Part shown: positions 17,494 through 25,395 of the stretch, in pieces
Position numbering within the stretch: position 1 is the first letter of the stretch
How the letters are laid out: every line of letters begins with the position of its first letter
Assembly: GCA_913043805.1 (NCBI GenBank)
Contig: CAJWMX010000001.1
Coordinates: 1-27,316 of the forward strand
Direction: 5' to 3'
Source: an uncultured Acidobacteriota bacterium
GTDB taxonomy: Bacteria; Acidobacteriota; Vicinamibacteria; Vicinamibacterales; UBA8438
DNA length: 27,316 nucleotides
Program-made: the position numbers and the translations under genes
Notes under the pieces: model-generated
The model's database searches: none
What the model was told of the DNA's origin: nothing
The model's input: the letters and a program-made list of their open reading frames with translations, nothing else

Positions 17494-17934
17494 TCACGTC
17501 AGGCCCCCCTGGACATACTGCTCGGCAGCTCGCTCAGAGAGCTCGTCGTGCAGCTCCTGCGCTTCCGCATGACGGCCACGTGCCGCCAGCGCCGATACGG
17601 CCGAGACGAGGATGAAGGGTGCCGGTCCGAATCGATTGAGCGCCGAGAGCGCGGTGACAACGGCCTCGAGCGGGCGATGCCCGGCCAGGTACGCGGTCGT
17701 GAGCGCCACGTAGCTGACGAGCCCTTCCGCGTCGAGCTCAATACCCGAGAGGGCCGATTCGACCGCCTCATCAACCCGGCCAGACGTCGCCAGCAGGTTC
17801 GCCTCATAGCCCGCCGCCAGCGCCGAATAGGGGTCGGCTCGCCGCGCAAGCCGCAGCTCCTCGAGCGCTTCTTCCAACCGGCCCATCACCAGTCCGAGGA
17901 CGAAGGTGGCGCGCCGCGCCCGAGCCGCCACCAT
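17494..17934 (-). pseudogene. Internal TPR fragment of the kind found at the C-terminus of TPR-containing Ser/Thr kinases or cyclases
   Basis: 'GRLEEALEELRLARRADPYS', 'GRVDEAVESALSGIELD', 'GRHAEAQELHDELSERAAEQYV' then an abrupt 'QGGLT*'. No clear N-terminal domain or SD; the start is arbitrary (in-frame ATG 17934). Confidence 0.6.
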
Positions 17935-18011
17935 TCCCGGACAAGTCGTTTCGCTATCCCCGACGCACGACCACCGATCAGAACGACGGGCAGCCGTAGG
18001 GAGAGGCAGTC

Positions 18012-18596
18012 TCAGGGGGTCGCCGCCTGGGCACCGCGGCCGCGGAACCACCGGAACGCGACATAGAGAAGGATGGCGCCGAGCAGCACCGCTCCCACGA
18101 GCGGGTAGTTCTGCTGTAGCGTCTCGAGGGCGCGGTCGCCCAGTCTCACGGCCAGATAGGCTTCGGCACCGAAGCGGATCATCCGGGCCGCGAACACGGC
18201 CGCCGCGAAACGGGGCCATGGGATACCGACCAGACCCGCCACGAGCATGAACACCTTCGTGGGAAACGGCGGCGGCGCGAGCAACGCCACCATCACGGCC
18301 GCCACGTCGTTGTCGCGGACCTTGGCGGTGACCCGCTCGACCTTCTCCTGGTCGAGCCGCCGGACGGCGACCTCTCCGCCGGTGCGACCGACCCGGTAGA
18401 GCACCAGACAGCCGAGGGTAGAGCCCACGGCCGCGATCAAGGCCACGAGCAGGAACAGCGAGGGCTGCTGCCAGGCGAGCAGCATCAGGACGATATCCAC
18501 CCCACCGGGCAGCGGGATCCCGGCCGAGTCCAGCACGGCGATCAGAAACAGCCCGGGAAGACCGAGGGGCAGCAGGCTGTCGCGCAATGCGTCCAT
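18012..18596 (-). CDS. DedA/VTT (SNARE-associated, YqaA-like) membrane protein
   Basis: 'GLFLIAVLDSAGIPLPGGVD', 'AAVGSTLGCLVLYRVGRTGG', 'LAPPPFPTKVFMLVAG', 'FAARMIRF'. Confidence 0.88.
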   Translation of the reverse strand: MDALRDSLLPLGLPGLFLIAVLDSAGIPLPGGVDIVLMLLAWQQPSLFLLVALIAAVGSTLGCLVLYRVGRTGGEVAVRRLDQEKVERVTAKVRDNDVAAVMVALLAPPPFPTKVFMLVAGLVGIPWPRFAAAVFAARMIRFGAEAYLAVRLGDRALETLQQNYPLVGAVLLGAILLYVAFRWFRGRGAQAATP

Positions 18597-18620
18597 GAAG
18601 ACGGTGGTTGGGTGAGCGTG

Positions 18621-18665
18621 ACGACGAGATTATAGTCCCGACTGCCCTTCTCGTCGTGGTATTCT
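18621..18665. promoter_or_regulatory. Back-to-back promoters with a 9-bp inverted repeat
   Basis: Minus-strand TATAAT (plus ATTATA 18629-18634); plus-strand extended -10 TG-G-TATTCT (18657-18665); IR ACGACGAGA (18621-18629) / TCTCGTCGT (18649-18657). Confidence 0.5.
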
Positions 18666-18809
18666 AAGGCCTGGAAATCGAGCCGGCCCCGGGCTGTAAG
18701 GCCTCGGAGTCGACGGGTCTTCCAACACGCTTTCCCCACAGCGCGTCGCTCTCGACAGACCCGTTCGTCTGCTCCGGCAGGGCCTCATCTCGCCCCAGGA
18801 GGTGCATAC

Positions 18810-19076
18810 ATGGCAACACGCGGACGACCTACTCAACAGAAACGGCAACGTGAGCGCGCCCGTCAGGAGCAGCGTAAGATGAAGGAAGCCCGTCGGCAAG
18901 AGGCCAAGGAGCGGCGAGCCGCCGCCCCGGCGCCTCCCCCCGGAAGCGATCCGGACCTGGACGGGATCGTCGCCGGGCCCCAGCCGATGAGCGAGTGGCA
19001 GGTCGAAGGACTGGCCGAATTCGAGCCCAAGGACGACGAAGAGGAAGAGGAAGAAGCGGCCGCCCAGACCAGCTGA
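18810..19076 (+). CDS. Small charged hypothetical protein (basic N-terminal helix, 'DPDLDGIVAGPQP' motif, acidic tail)
   Basis: Strong SD AGGAGG; GC3-biased codons. 'RGRPTQQKRQRERARQE...DPDLDGIVAGPQP' resembles a small uncharacterised family I recall from Acidobacteria/Myxococcota. Confidence 0.8.
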   Translation: MATRGRPTQQKRQRERARQEQRKMKEARRQEAKERRAAAPAPPPGSDPDLDGIVAGPQPMSEWQVEGLAEFEPKDDEEEEEEAAAQTS

Positions 19077-19139
19077 CGCCCCGACTAGCGGCTCGCCATT
19101 GGCTGGCCGCTCAGTCCTGTCGGAGCGCCACCATCGGGG

Positions 19140-19606
19140 TTACGCGCGTCGCCCGCCGAGGCCGGCCATCAGCCCGCCAAGGCCGCCGCCACCTCCGGTT
19201 TGCTTGCCCATGGCACCCATGGCGGCAGCCGCCACCAGCGGAAGCAGCTTCTTGGGCACGCCGGCGTCGAGTCCGGTCTGGCCGGCGGCATGCGCCTCCA
19301 CGTTCCGGCTGACGTCCTTGCTCCCGAGGATGTGTCCAAGGATCTTGTTTCCGTCAGCGAGCGCCGCACCTTCGCTGAGCGCCCCCGGCTGATCGAGGTA
19401 GCGGGCATGATTACCCTTGGTCAGGGCACCGAGCAGTCCTCCATCCCCCCGCTCTACTTGGCGTTCCGGGCCAGTCCCTTGGTCAGCGCCGGTGCCATCT
19501 GACGAACGGCGTTCTGCGCATCCGCCTCTCCAAGGCCGACCTGTTTGGCAAGCTCGCCGATGACGCCGCCGTTGTTCGCACTGACCAATGTCTCGATCAG
19601 GTTCAT
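19140..19606 (-). pseudogene. Frameshifted DUF937/YidB-like protein gene
   Basis: 5' part MNLIETLVSANNGGVIGELAKQVGLGEADAQNAVRQMAPALTKGLARNAK ends at TAG 19454-19456. The 3' part in the shifted frame reads LLGALTKGNHARYLDQP...DGNKILGHILGSKDVSRNV...TGLDAGVPKKLLPLVAAAAMG to TAA 19140-19142. SD GAGGG directly after the M1 peptidase stop. Confidence 0.8.
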
Positions 19607-19613
19607 GCGTCCC

Positions 19614-21509
19614 TCATTCACTGGCGCGAACGACCTCGTCAATCGAGGCCGCCGCGATCGGATGATAGCCCGGACGAGCGCGCTCATAGATAGCCGCCGC
19701 GCGAGCCCGCCCCTCGGGCGTCGTGACGAGCTCGTCATAGAGCGGCTTAATCAGTTTCCGGCGACCGATCTCGACCAGATACCGATCGAGACGGGACCAG
19801 GCCGGCGCGTAGTCGTTACGCACCGCGATCAGCAGCCACACATGGGCCACCTCGGCGTTGCCGACCTCGGTAAGACCGAACGCCGCATCGAGCTCGTCGA
19901 GACGGGCCGTCGAAAGCGTGGGCGGGAGCGAGCGGAGGAAGTGCAGCCACTCCTGCGTCGACCATGCCGCGGCGGGCAGCGTCGACGAGACCCGATCTCC
20001 AGCGGCCCAGTCGTTGGCCAGCGCAGCCACCCGGACGAGCGCATCGGACTCGGTTCGGGGTGCGTCATCCGGCAGCCCCGGCTCTTCGATCCATCCGTCG
20101 ACGTCGACCGCGGCCCTCACCTCGGTGTCCGCGAGATAGGTATCGAGGTAGGCGATGAAGTCCGCCGTCGTGATGCTCCGGAACGCGAAGTGGTCGAAGT
20201 AGCCGCGCAGGAATCGGTCGAAGCGCTCCCGACCGACCAGGCCTTCGAGCCGCCGAAGGAACAGCTCGCCCTTCAGATACGGCACCTGGGTAAAGCCGTC
20301 GTCCGGGTCTCGTCCGGAGAGATCGACATGGAGGATCTGATCGGGGGGCGGAAGCCGATCCAGTTCTTCAGCCAACGTCTCCCAGTCGAGTGTCGCCTCC
20401 ATCGCCACCCGCTCCGGTCCGAAGACCGCCTCGAGGATCCGGCGCTCGAGATACACCGTGAACCCTTCGTTCAACCAGAAATCGCGCCAGCTGGCGTTCG
20501 TCACCAGATTGCCAGACCACGAGTGCGCCAGCTCGTGCGCCACCAACCCTACGAGGCTCTTGTCTCCGGCGATCACGGTCGGGGTGGCAAAGGTCAGTCG
20601 CGGGTTCTCCATCCCGCCAAACGGAAAGCTCGGCGGCAGCACCAACAGGTCGTACCGCTCCCATCGATACGGACCGTAGAGCTGCTCGGTCGCCACCATC
20701 ATCGCTTCGGTGTCGTCGAACTCGGCCGCGGCGGCCGCGACCACCGACGGCTCGGCCCACACCCCGGTCCGGTCGCTCATCGCCCGGAACTCGAGGTCAC
20801 CGACCGCCAGCGCGATGAGGTAGGACGGAATCGGCTGCCGCATCTCGAAGCGGAACTCGCCACCGAGCGGCGCGGCGAGATCGGTGTCGGCGCTCATCAC
20901 CGCGCGAAGCGCGGCCGGTGTGCGCACCGTCGCGGTATAGGTGACCCGCACGCCAGGCGTGTCCTGCAGCGGGATCCAGCTACGCGCATGAATCGCCTGC
21001 GACTGCGTGAACATGAACGGCTGCTCGCCGCCGGCCGTTTGGGCTGGTTCCAACCACTGGACACCGGAGGCCTCCGCGCTGGTCCGGTAGGCGATGCGGA
21101 CGCGGGTGGCATCGGCGTCGAGCGTGACCCGCAGCCCCGCGCCAAGGACGGGGTCGGGCTCGTCGAGAGCGAATGCGGCCGCGCGCCAGGCCCCACCGGC
21201 GCCCGACTGCTCCACCGTACCGATCGTCAGATCCCGCGTATCGAGCCAGAGCGTATCGGCGTCGGTGGCGACCCGTTCGACCTGGAGCGTGACGCTGCCG
21301 TCGAGGGTCCGGTCTTCGAACCCCACATCCCAGTCCAAATCGAGATGACGAACCACGATCTGGTCTGGCGTGGCGTAGGAATGAGCATCAGGTCCGTGCG
21401 ACATGGTGATATCCGATCGGGAGGCAGGCGTCGACGAGCGCTCACAGGACGTCGAGAGGCTCCCCAGCAACAGCACGAGAACGATCCGGTAGAGAGCGGT
21501 GCGCCCCAT
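19614..21509 (-). CDS. M1 family aminopeptidase (leukotriene A4 hydrolase-like), predicted lipoprotein
   Basis: 'SFPFGGMEN' exopeptidase motif; zinc motif HELAH...'[11 protein letters not shown]'; 'VPYLKG'; C-terminal '[10 protein letters not shown]'; 'SYATPDQ' N-terminus; lipobox 'STSC' after ATG 21509. Confidence 0.95.
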   Translation of the reverse strand: MGRTALYRIVLVLLLGSLSTSCERSSTPASRSDITMSHGPDAHSYATPDQIVVRHLDLDWDVGFEDRTLDGSVTLQVERVATDADTLWLDTRDLTIGTVEQSGAGGAWRAAAFALDEPDPVLGAGLRVTLDADATRVRIAYRTSAEASGVQWLEPAQTAGGEQPFMFTQSQAIHARSWIPLQDTPGVRVTYTATVRTPAALRAVMSADTDLAAPLGGEFRFEMRQPIPSYLIALAVGDLEFRAMSDRTGVWAEPSVVAAAAAEFDDTEAMMVATEQLYGPYRWERYDLLVLPPSFPFGGMENPRLTFATPTVIAGDKSLVGLVAHELAHSWSGNLVTNASWRDFWLNEGFTVYLERRILEAVFGPERVAMEATLDWETLAEELDRLPPPDQILHVDLSGRDPDDGFTQVPYLKGELFLRRLEGLVGRERFDRFLRGYFDHFAFRSITTADFIAYLDTYLADTEVRAAVDVDGWIEEPGLPDDAPRTESDALVRVAALANDWAAGDRVSSTLPAAAWSTQEWLHFLRSLPPTLSTARLDELDAAFGLTEVGNAEVAHVWLLIAVRNDYAPAWSRLDRYLVEIGRRKLIKPLYDELVTTPEGRARAAAIYERARPGYHPIAAASIDEVVRASE

Positions 21510-21654
21510 CGTGGTCAGGATACCAAGTGGTCCAGGCGGTTGGAGTACACTGGGGGGTGGCGCGCGGCGGTGTGGGATCTCCCACGGCGGCGTGAGCGTC
21601 TCAAGAATAGAGGCGCGGAGGCGCCCGAGCAACTTAGGGGAAGGAGAACGGACG

Positions 21655-22002
21655 ATGGCCTCGGAGCATACGCTGAAGTTCACCGACGCTGATTTCGATC
21701 AGGCGGTGTTGCAATCCGATAAGCCGGTGCTGGTGGATTTCTGGGCCGAGTGGTGTGGCCCGTGTCGGATGATTGCGCCGGCCGTCGAAGGACTGGCCGA
21801 CGACTACAACGGTCGCGTGGCGGTGGGCAAGCTGAACATCGACGAGAACCCGAACACGCCGATGAAGTATGGCGTGCGATCGATCCCGACGCTCCTGCTC
21901 TTCAAGGGCGGCGAGGTGGTCGAAGCGACCGTTGGCGTGGCCGGCAAGGAACAGCTGGCCGCCCTGCTCGACAAGCACGCTGGCCAGGGCGCCAGCGCGT
22001 AA
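21655..22002 (+). CDS. trxA: Thioredoxin
   Basis: '[18 protein letters not shown]', '[16 protein letters not shown]'; SD GAAGGAG before ATG 21655. Confidence 0.97.
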   Translation: MASEHTLKFTDADFDQAVLQSDKPVLVDFWAEWCGPCRMIAPAVEGLADDYNGRVAVGKLNIDENPNTPMKYGVRSIPTLLLFKGGEVVEATVGVAGKEQLAALLDKHAGQGASA

Positions 22003-22034
22003 CCACGACCTGCCGGCTCCGTGTTCACACACGA

Positions 22035-22062
22035 GAAGGCCCGCTCTTCGGAGCGGGCCTTC
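22035..22062. terminator. Hairpin terminator between convergent trxA and MBL hydrolase genes
   Basis: Perfect 12-bp stem GAAGGCCCGCTC / GAGCGGGCCTTC with a TTCG tetraloop, followed by GCTTTGT on plus. Confidence 0.8.
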
Positions 22063-22073
22063 GCTTTGTACGG

Positions 22074-23093
22074 TCAGTACACCTCCAGGTCGCGACCATA
22101 GACCACCTCGCCGTCGAAACTCAGCCGAACCTGCTCGACCATGTCTTCATCAGTGTCGCCACCCAGGTGTAGCTGATGGGTCAGGATCACCATGCCGACG
22201 CCGGCGTCGGCCGCGATCTGGCCGACCTTGACGGCCGAGGTGTGGAAGGTGCCGTGATACTGCTGCGTGGGCGCCTCCCGCTCCCGCAGCCCGGCCGCGC
22301 CATAGGCTTCGTGCACCAGCACGTCGGCCCCACGGGCAATCTCAGCGAGCCCATCGAACGGCCCGGTGTCGCCCGAGAACACGATGGTGCGATCGGCCGT
22401 GGTCAGCTTGTAGCCGAAGGCATGCTCCATCGTGCCGTGTGGCACGGCGAACGCCTCGACCCGGATCGTCTCGTCCTCATAGACCATGCCCGCGGCGATC
22501 TCTTGGGGTTCGACGACGAGCAGGTCGCGTCGCAGTTGTTCAGGCCCCTCTACCCGCACCCGGATGTCTTCGCTGAACGCATCGAGGAGCGAGTCGGTCA
22601 TCCGCGTGAGTCCGGGCGGACCGAACGTCTGAAGCGGAGCGGCCCGACCGAGCACCCACGGAGACAGGATCAGGTCGGGATACCCGAGGGTGTGGTCCGA
22701 GTGCAGGTGCGTGAAGAACGCGAACCGCAGATTCTGTGGCTGTAGCGCCGTCAGCCCGCTGACGATCGCGCCGGCCGCGGCCCGTCGGACCACCCCGGGA
22801 CCGGCATCCACGAGATACGCGGTGCCACCCGCCACCACCGCGGTGGCGGGTCCGAACCGGCCAGGCTCGGCTCCCGGCGTGCCGGTGCCGAGCATCACGA
22901 TCCAGGTTCGCGACGGATCTCGGGCCTCGGGCTCGGCGGGTGCCGCCGGCGGCACCGGCTCGGTCGCGGGCGGCTGGACGGATCCGGACGATGGGACGGA
23001 CGTCGGCCCCGGGTTCGAGGGCGCGTCGGCGCAGCCCAGGCCGGCCAGAATCCCCAGAACCGCCATCAGTGCGGCCGGTCGCGGTGTCGGCAT
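22074..23093 (-). CDS. MBL-fold metallo-hydrolase, RNase Z/arylsulfatase (AtsA/ElaC)-like, predicted lipoprotein
   Basis: 'LGTGTP', 'LVDAGPG', 'THLHSDHTLG' (HxHxDH), 'FSGDTG', 'LVHEAY', 'FHTS', 'LTHQ'; lipobox 'GLGC' after ATG 23093. Confidence 0.9.
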   Translation of the reverse strand: MPTPRPAALMAVLGILAGLGCADAPSNPGPTSVPSSGSVQPPATEPVPPAAPAEPEARDPSRTWIVMLGTGTPGAEPGRFGPATAVVAGGTAYLVDAGPGVVRRAAAGAIVSGLTALQPQNLRFAFFTHLHSDHTLGYPDLILSPWVLGRAAPLQTFGPPGLTRMTDSLLDAFSEDIRVRVEGPEQLRRDLLVVEPQEIAAGMVYEDETIRVEAFAVPHGTMEHAFGYKLTTADRTIVFSGDTGPFDGLAEIARGADVLVHEAYGAAGLREREAPTQQYHGTFHTSAVKVGQIAADAGVGMVILTHQLHLGGDTDEDMVEQVRLSFDGEVVYGRDLEVY

Positions 23094-23100
23094 GGGCCGG

Positions 23101-23129
23101 ATTATAGCTGCGGCCTTGTGCGGTATCCT
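23101..23129. promoter_or_regulatory. Back-to-back -10 elements: minus TATAAT (leaderless-type) and plus TATCCT
   Basis: ATTATA at 23101-23106 reads TATAAT on minus, 7 nt upstream of ATG 23093 with no SD. TATCCT at 23124-23129 precedes the HtrA gene. Confidence 0.55.
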
Positions 23130-23158
23130 GGGTGGTGCCAGTGTCGAGGACCCACGTG

Positions 23159-24358
23159 ATGACTCACCCCATCGATTCGCCCCCCGTGAGCCGGTCGCCC
23201 CGCCGAGGGGCGTTACTCGCCTGGCTGGTGGCCGTGGCTGGCGCCGCGACGGGCTGCAGCGTGGAACTGGCGCCGTCGACACGGGCCATCGCCGAGGAAC
23301 CTGAGGCGGCGACCCAGCAGGTGTCCGGCGACGTGGGACGGCCGACGGCGGCGCAGCTCCCGGAGATGCCGCCGCCCTATGGCGATCTGCGCTCCGACGA
23401 ACAGGCACGGATCAGCCTCTTCGAGAACACCAGCCCGTCGGTGGTCTATATCTCCACCGTCACGCGGCGTACGGACCTGTTCGGCCGCGGGGTCAGTGTG
23501 CCGCAGGGCAGCGGCACCGGATTCGTCTGGGATGACGAAGGTCACATCGTCACGAATTACCACGTCATCCAGGGCGCGTCGTCGGCCCGCGTGGTGATGC
23601 ACGACCAGACGAGCCACATGGCCGAGTGGGTCGGCGGCTCGCCCAGGCACGATCTGGCGGTCTTGAAGATCGACGCGCCGGCCGCCGCGCTCAGCCAGGT
23701 CACGATCGGCGACAGCGACCGTTTGCGGGTCGGGCAGAGTGTCTACGCCATCGGCAACCCGTTTGGCCTGAACGCGACACTCACCACCGGGATCGTCTCA
23801 GCGTTGAATCGACAGATTCCCGGACTGACCAATGGCGCCATCATCGAGAACGTGATTCAGATTGACGCCGCGATCAACCCGGGCAATTCGGGCGGACCGT
23901 TGCTCGACAGCCAGGGCCGGCTGATCGGCGTCAACAGCCAGATCGCCAGCCCATCCGGCGCGTCGGCCGGTGTTGGATTCGCGGTGCCGGTCAACACGGT
24001 CGAGCGGGTGGTCCCCCAGCTGATCGCGAATGGTGAATACACGCCCGCTCAGCTCGGTATCAGCGTCGCGTCGGCCCGTCTCAATCAGCTGGTCGCGCAG
24101 CGGCTGGGCGTCTCCGGGGTGCTGATCGCCCAGATCGTTCCCGGATCGGGCGCCGACCGGGCCGGGCTTCAGGGCACCGATCCCAATGCCGACCAGCTCG
24201 GCGACATCATCGTGGAAGTAGCTGGCGACGCGGTCTCGTCGCTGAGCGACCTCCGCCAGGTGCTCGATCGATACAAACCAGGGGACGACGTCGACGTGTC
24301 GCTCTACCGGGATGGCGACGTGGGACGGGTCGAAACGGTCCGCGTCCGTCTAATGTGA
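23159..24358 (+). CDS. HtrA/DegP-family (S1C) serine protease with one PDZ domain, predicted lipoprotein
   Basis: Triad motifs 'VTNYHV', 'HDLAVLKI', 'AINPGNSGGPL'; 'GSGTGFVWD'; PDZ 'GVLIAQIVPGSGADRAGL...GDII'; lipobox-like 'ATGC'; SD GAGGA (alternative GTG 23156). Confidence 0.94.
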   Translation: MTHPIDSPPVSRSPRRGALLAWLVAVAGAATGCSVELAPSTRAIAEEPEAATQQVSGDVGRPTAAQLPEMPPPYGDLRSDEQARISLFENTSPSVVYISTVTRRTDLFGRGVSVPQGSGTGFVWDDEGHIVTNYHVIQGASSARVVMHDQTSHMAEWVGGSPRHDLAVLKIDAPAAALSQVTIGDSDRLRVGQSVYAIGNPFGLNATLTTGIVSALNRQIPGLTNGAIIENVIQIDAAINPGNSGGPLLDSQGRLIGVNSQIASPSGASAGVGFAVPVNTVERVVPQLIANGEYTPAQLGISVASARLNQLVAQRLGVSGVLIAQIVPGSGADRAGLQGTDPNADQLGDIIVEVAGDAVSSLSDLRQVLDRYKPGDDVDVSLYRDGDVGRVETVRVRLM

Positions 24359-24439
24359 TCAGTCGAGGCGCACGGCCCGCAGCTTGAGATACGACCCCGG
24401 CTCGTACTCATGGGCGATCGGCAAGTGCGGCGGGGGAAA
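24359..24439 (-). pseudogene. Possible 3'-terminal remnant of an RlmI/RlmK-like SAM methyltransferase gene
   Basis: GC3-rich codons read FPPPHLPIAHEYEPGSYLKLRAVRLD*, matching the remembered 'P....Y..G.YLK' C-terminus of RlmI-type enzymes. Its stop abuts the HtrA stop exactly. Confidence 0.35.
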
Positions 24440-24494
24440 CCGCGGTCCTGGACCGCAAGCTGTCCAGCCCCTCGTCATCAAAGGAGCAGACGTC

Positions 24495-25286
24495 ATGACC
24501 TTCTTGCTCGATCTCCTGATCCTTCTGCACGTCACGACCGGCTTCGTCGGACTTGCCGCGTTCTGGGTACCGGTCTTCGCCCGAAAGGGCGGCGTGGCCC
24601 ACAAGCGATTTGGCGCGATCTACACCTATTGCGCCTACGTGGTCACGCTGTCGGCGGTAACTGCCTCGATCGGTCGAGTGGCGCGGTATCGCGCCGACGG
24701 CCTCACCGTCGCCGACGAACCGGCGCTCTACGGGTTCGCGCTGTTCCTCGGCTATCTCGGCGTCGCGACGTTCGCGTCGGTACGTCAGTCCATCCGCGCC
24801 GTCCAGACCCGTCACGATCCGGGCGCCCTTCGCACGCCGTTCCACCTCGGGTTGGCTTATGCCTCGGTGGGCGGCAGCCTCGGCGTGATCGGCTACGCTC
24901 TGGCGTTCGAGTCGAGCGCATCACCGATTCTGTTCGCGTTAAGCCCGATCGGGATCTTCACCGGCCTGTGGATGATCAACCTGATGCGCCACCCGGATGC
25001 GGAGCACATGGGCTGGTTCTACAGCCACATGGGCTCGATGCTCGGCGGAGGGATCGCCTTCCACACGGCATTCGCCGTGTTCGGCGCGCAGCGGCTGTGG
25101 GACTACTCGTTGTCAGGAAGCCTGGCGGTCGTGCCCTGGATTCTGCCGACCGTCATCGGGATCCCGGGCATCATCCTGGGACGACGCTACTACCAGAAGA
25201 AGTTCAACCGAGCCGAATCGCCCGCCGCAGCCGAGCAGCCCGTGGTGAAAGCCCGCTGCATTCGAACGGCGCTGAATGACGCGTGA
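24495..25286 (+). CDS. Polytopic membrane protein, DUF2306-like
   Basis: 'LHVTTGFVGLAAFWVPVFARKGGVAHKRFGAIY', 'WFYSHMGSMLGGGIAFHTAF'; about 6-7 hydrophobic helices; SD AAAGGAG before ATG 24495. Confidence 0.8.
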   Translation: MTFLLDLLILLHVTTGFVGLAAFWVPVFARKGGVAHKRFGAIYTYCAYVVTLSAVTASIGRVARYRADGLTVADEPALYGFALFLGYLGVATFASVRQSIRAVQTRHDPGALRTPFHLGLAYASVGGSLGVIGYALAFESSASPILFALSPIGIFTGLWMINLMRHPDAEHMGWFYSHMGSMLGGGIAFHTAFAVFGAQRLWDYSLSGSLAVVPWILPTVIGIPGIILGRRYYQKKFNRAESPAAAEQPVVKARCIRTALNDA

Positions 25287-25395
25287 GCTACGTTGCTCCT
25301 CGGTCAAAAATCTCCGATTTTCTCCCTCGTCGCGCTTTGTCACACCTGCCCAGCACCGTTCTCGGTGCGACGCGGGGTTTCACCACGAGCTGCTA
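25233..25395. mobile_element. MITE-like miniature element (~160 bp) with terminal inverted repeats
   Basis: AGCAGCCCGTGGTGAAAGCCCG (25234-25255) versus the reverse complement of 25373-25394 (AGCAGCTCGTGGTGAAACCCCG): 20/22 identical. Internal hairpins AAAATC/GATTTT (25307-25321) and GCACCG/CGGTGC (25353-25368). No coding capacity for a transposase. Confidence 0.7.

Noticed and set aside
16210-17934. FKBP gene inserted into a single kinase-TPR gene, splitting it
   Set aside because: The order is wrong: on the minus strand the TPR piece lies upstream and the kinase N-lobe downstream; no target duplication seen.
1036-19456. Amber (TAG) recoding or pyrrolysine use, suggested by in-frame TAGs at 1036, 8633 and 19454
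   Set aside because: TAG is the normal stop of many intact genes here (TfoX-N, udk, serine hydrolase, M16, FKBP, methyltransferase). No pyl genes are in view. The 19454 TAG can be explained by a single frameshift, and the 8633 gene is also truncated.
21552-21654. Riboswitch in the ~100-nt trxA leader
   Set aside because: Only a short GTGGG/CCCAC hairpin is visible; no aptamer consensus that I recognise.
19545-21692. 715-aa plus-strand ORF as an overlapping gene
   Set aside because: Exact antisense shadow of the M1 peptidase; Arg/His/Val-rich composition typical of high-GC reverse frames; no motifs.
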